NCBI GenBank assembly: GCA_003427395.1
Contig: BFEA01000013.1
Location: forward strand, 1,867,827-1,931,826
Source: Chara braunii
Lineage: Eukaryota > Plantae > Charophyceae
Length of the DNA stretch: 64,000 bases
Reading direction: 5' to 3'
Shown here: positions 62,845 through 64,000 of the stretch, piece after piece
How the letters are laid out: each line of letters opens with the position of its first letter
How positions within the stretch are numbered: the first letter of the stretch is position 1
Translations under genes and position numbers: made by a program
The notes under the pieces: model-generated
Databases searched by the model: none
Told to the model about the DNA's origin: nothing
Seen by the model: the letters and a program-made list of their open reading frames with translations, nothing else

Positions 62845-63827
62845 GTATTACTATCATTATTATTGTCATTATGAGGACTACTGCTGCGGCAAGGCCTCTT
62901 GCCAGCCCTAAATAAAGGCGGGCCGGACATGTGACTACCCTAGGAGAAGGCAAGTCAGAATATCCATGATCAGGTCTTCTTTTCAACATTGTAAATGGGT
63001 ATCAGACAATTCCAGCACGCCGGTTGGTTGGGATGCACCGGGGTACCCCGGGCTCCTACAAGGAACAACTGAGCCTGGGCGTAGGCCAGGGCAGGCGGAC
63101 TCATCACGCATTGGACAATGGCCAATTAGAAAGCAACACTGCCGGTGTAGAGGCTGAGCGAACCAATGGGAAAACCAAAAAGGGGTCTGCCTCTGGATCA
63201 CAGTCCGGGCATAAGGGGCGCTACTGCTGGGGACACAGCGCCGCGCCGCTCTCTGTTCGAATACATGGGCAGGGCCCACCGATTGAACAACCGCTGATGC
63301 ATTAACCCAATGAAGAGAGGAACTGAAGGGAAGGAAAGGAAAGAGGAGAAATAAAGGAGGAAAGAAAGGGGAATGGGGGTGAATCGACGGTGGATCTAAT
63401 AATAGGCACTTCTGCCTTCCCGCTCATCCGATGGTTTCTTTCGAAGTCGTTCAGAAAACATTGATAGAATATAGCCACTACTATTGTTATTGTCATAATT
63501 ATTTTATTTTGATATATTTCTTTGTTGTTATTGTTTGCTATTGTTATTGTTATTCTTTTACTACTATTATTAAAATACCATAGGGTCTGGGAGAATCAGA
63601 CATGAAAGAAATGTGAGACGCTAGAGGAGGGAAAGACAATATCACATATGATGGTGCCTACTTCCTCTGACCTCCGCCGTACTTATCTCCGTCCAATCTC
63701 CTCAGGCATCTGTCTTCTCGACTTTGAGTATCTGATGATGTATTTTCCATTGAGAATGATCCGGTTTTGCTAATTTAAAGGTCAGACAATCAGTTGCGTA
63801 AACTAGACGTGATCAATAGAACAGGGC

Positions 63828-63890
63828 GATTGCGGGAGCTCTGCCGGAGTTCAGGTGGAACTCTGGAGGCAGGGAACAGTGAGGTATGAG
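63828..63890 (+). promoter_or_regulatory. Conserved hairpin plus 5' splice donor (copy D)
   Basis: CCGGAGTTC-AGGTG-GAACTCTGG followed by GAG|GTATG. Confidence 0.6.
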
Positions 63891-64000
63891 TACATAAACC
63901 TAAAACCCTAAACCCTAAATCTAAAACCTATGACTGGGTTAGTAAAGAAAGTACCTTGAGTCAGGGATCCTTCTGAACTAAACCTGAGGGCAAGAAGGCA

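Larger units (their letters stand above)
53171..64000 (+). mobile_element. Copy D: full Y-type LTR (53171-54118), PBS-like site at 54121 and long non-coding interior; runs off the window end
   Basis: TGTCGG...CCGACA termini with subterminal hairpin CAAAATACCCTTACAAGGGTATTTTG, followed by GT-TGGCGCGACGGGGCGG; broadly colinear with copy C. Confidence 0.8.

Overview
Eukaryotic, repeat-saturated window with no intact host gene. It has an assembly gap at 4168-4238 and many microsatellites. The Gag relics resemble Ty3/Gypsy-type proteins of the charophyte alga Chara, so that origin is an inference. Most of the window is nested, decayed copies of one clan of large, mostly non-coding retroelement-derived units with TGT...ACA termini. 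The only recognisable proteins are two Gag pseudogene pieces (12907-14710 +, about 53005-53165 -); no pol is visible. Notable structure: (1) a covarying RNA hairpin ending at an AG|GT donor in five copies, four of them followed within the window by subfamily-specific tandem arrays of stem-loops with covarying stems; (2) a 10.9-kb Gag-bearing element with both ~470-bp inverted terminal repeats and ~290-bp internal direct repeats; (3) units with non-homologous left and right termini and a CG-centred 4-bp target; (4) a Pol III-like ~80-nt unit inside the LTR; (5) repeated capture of 18S and 28S rRNA fragments. Small TIR elements are also present. Coordinates were read by eye and element interiors are approximate.
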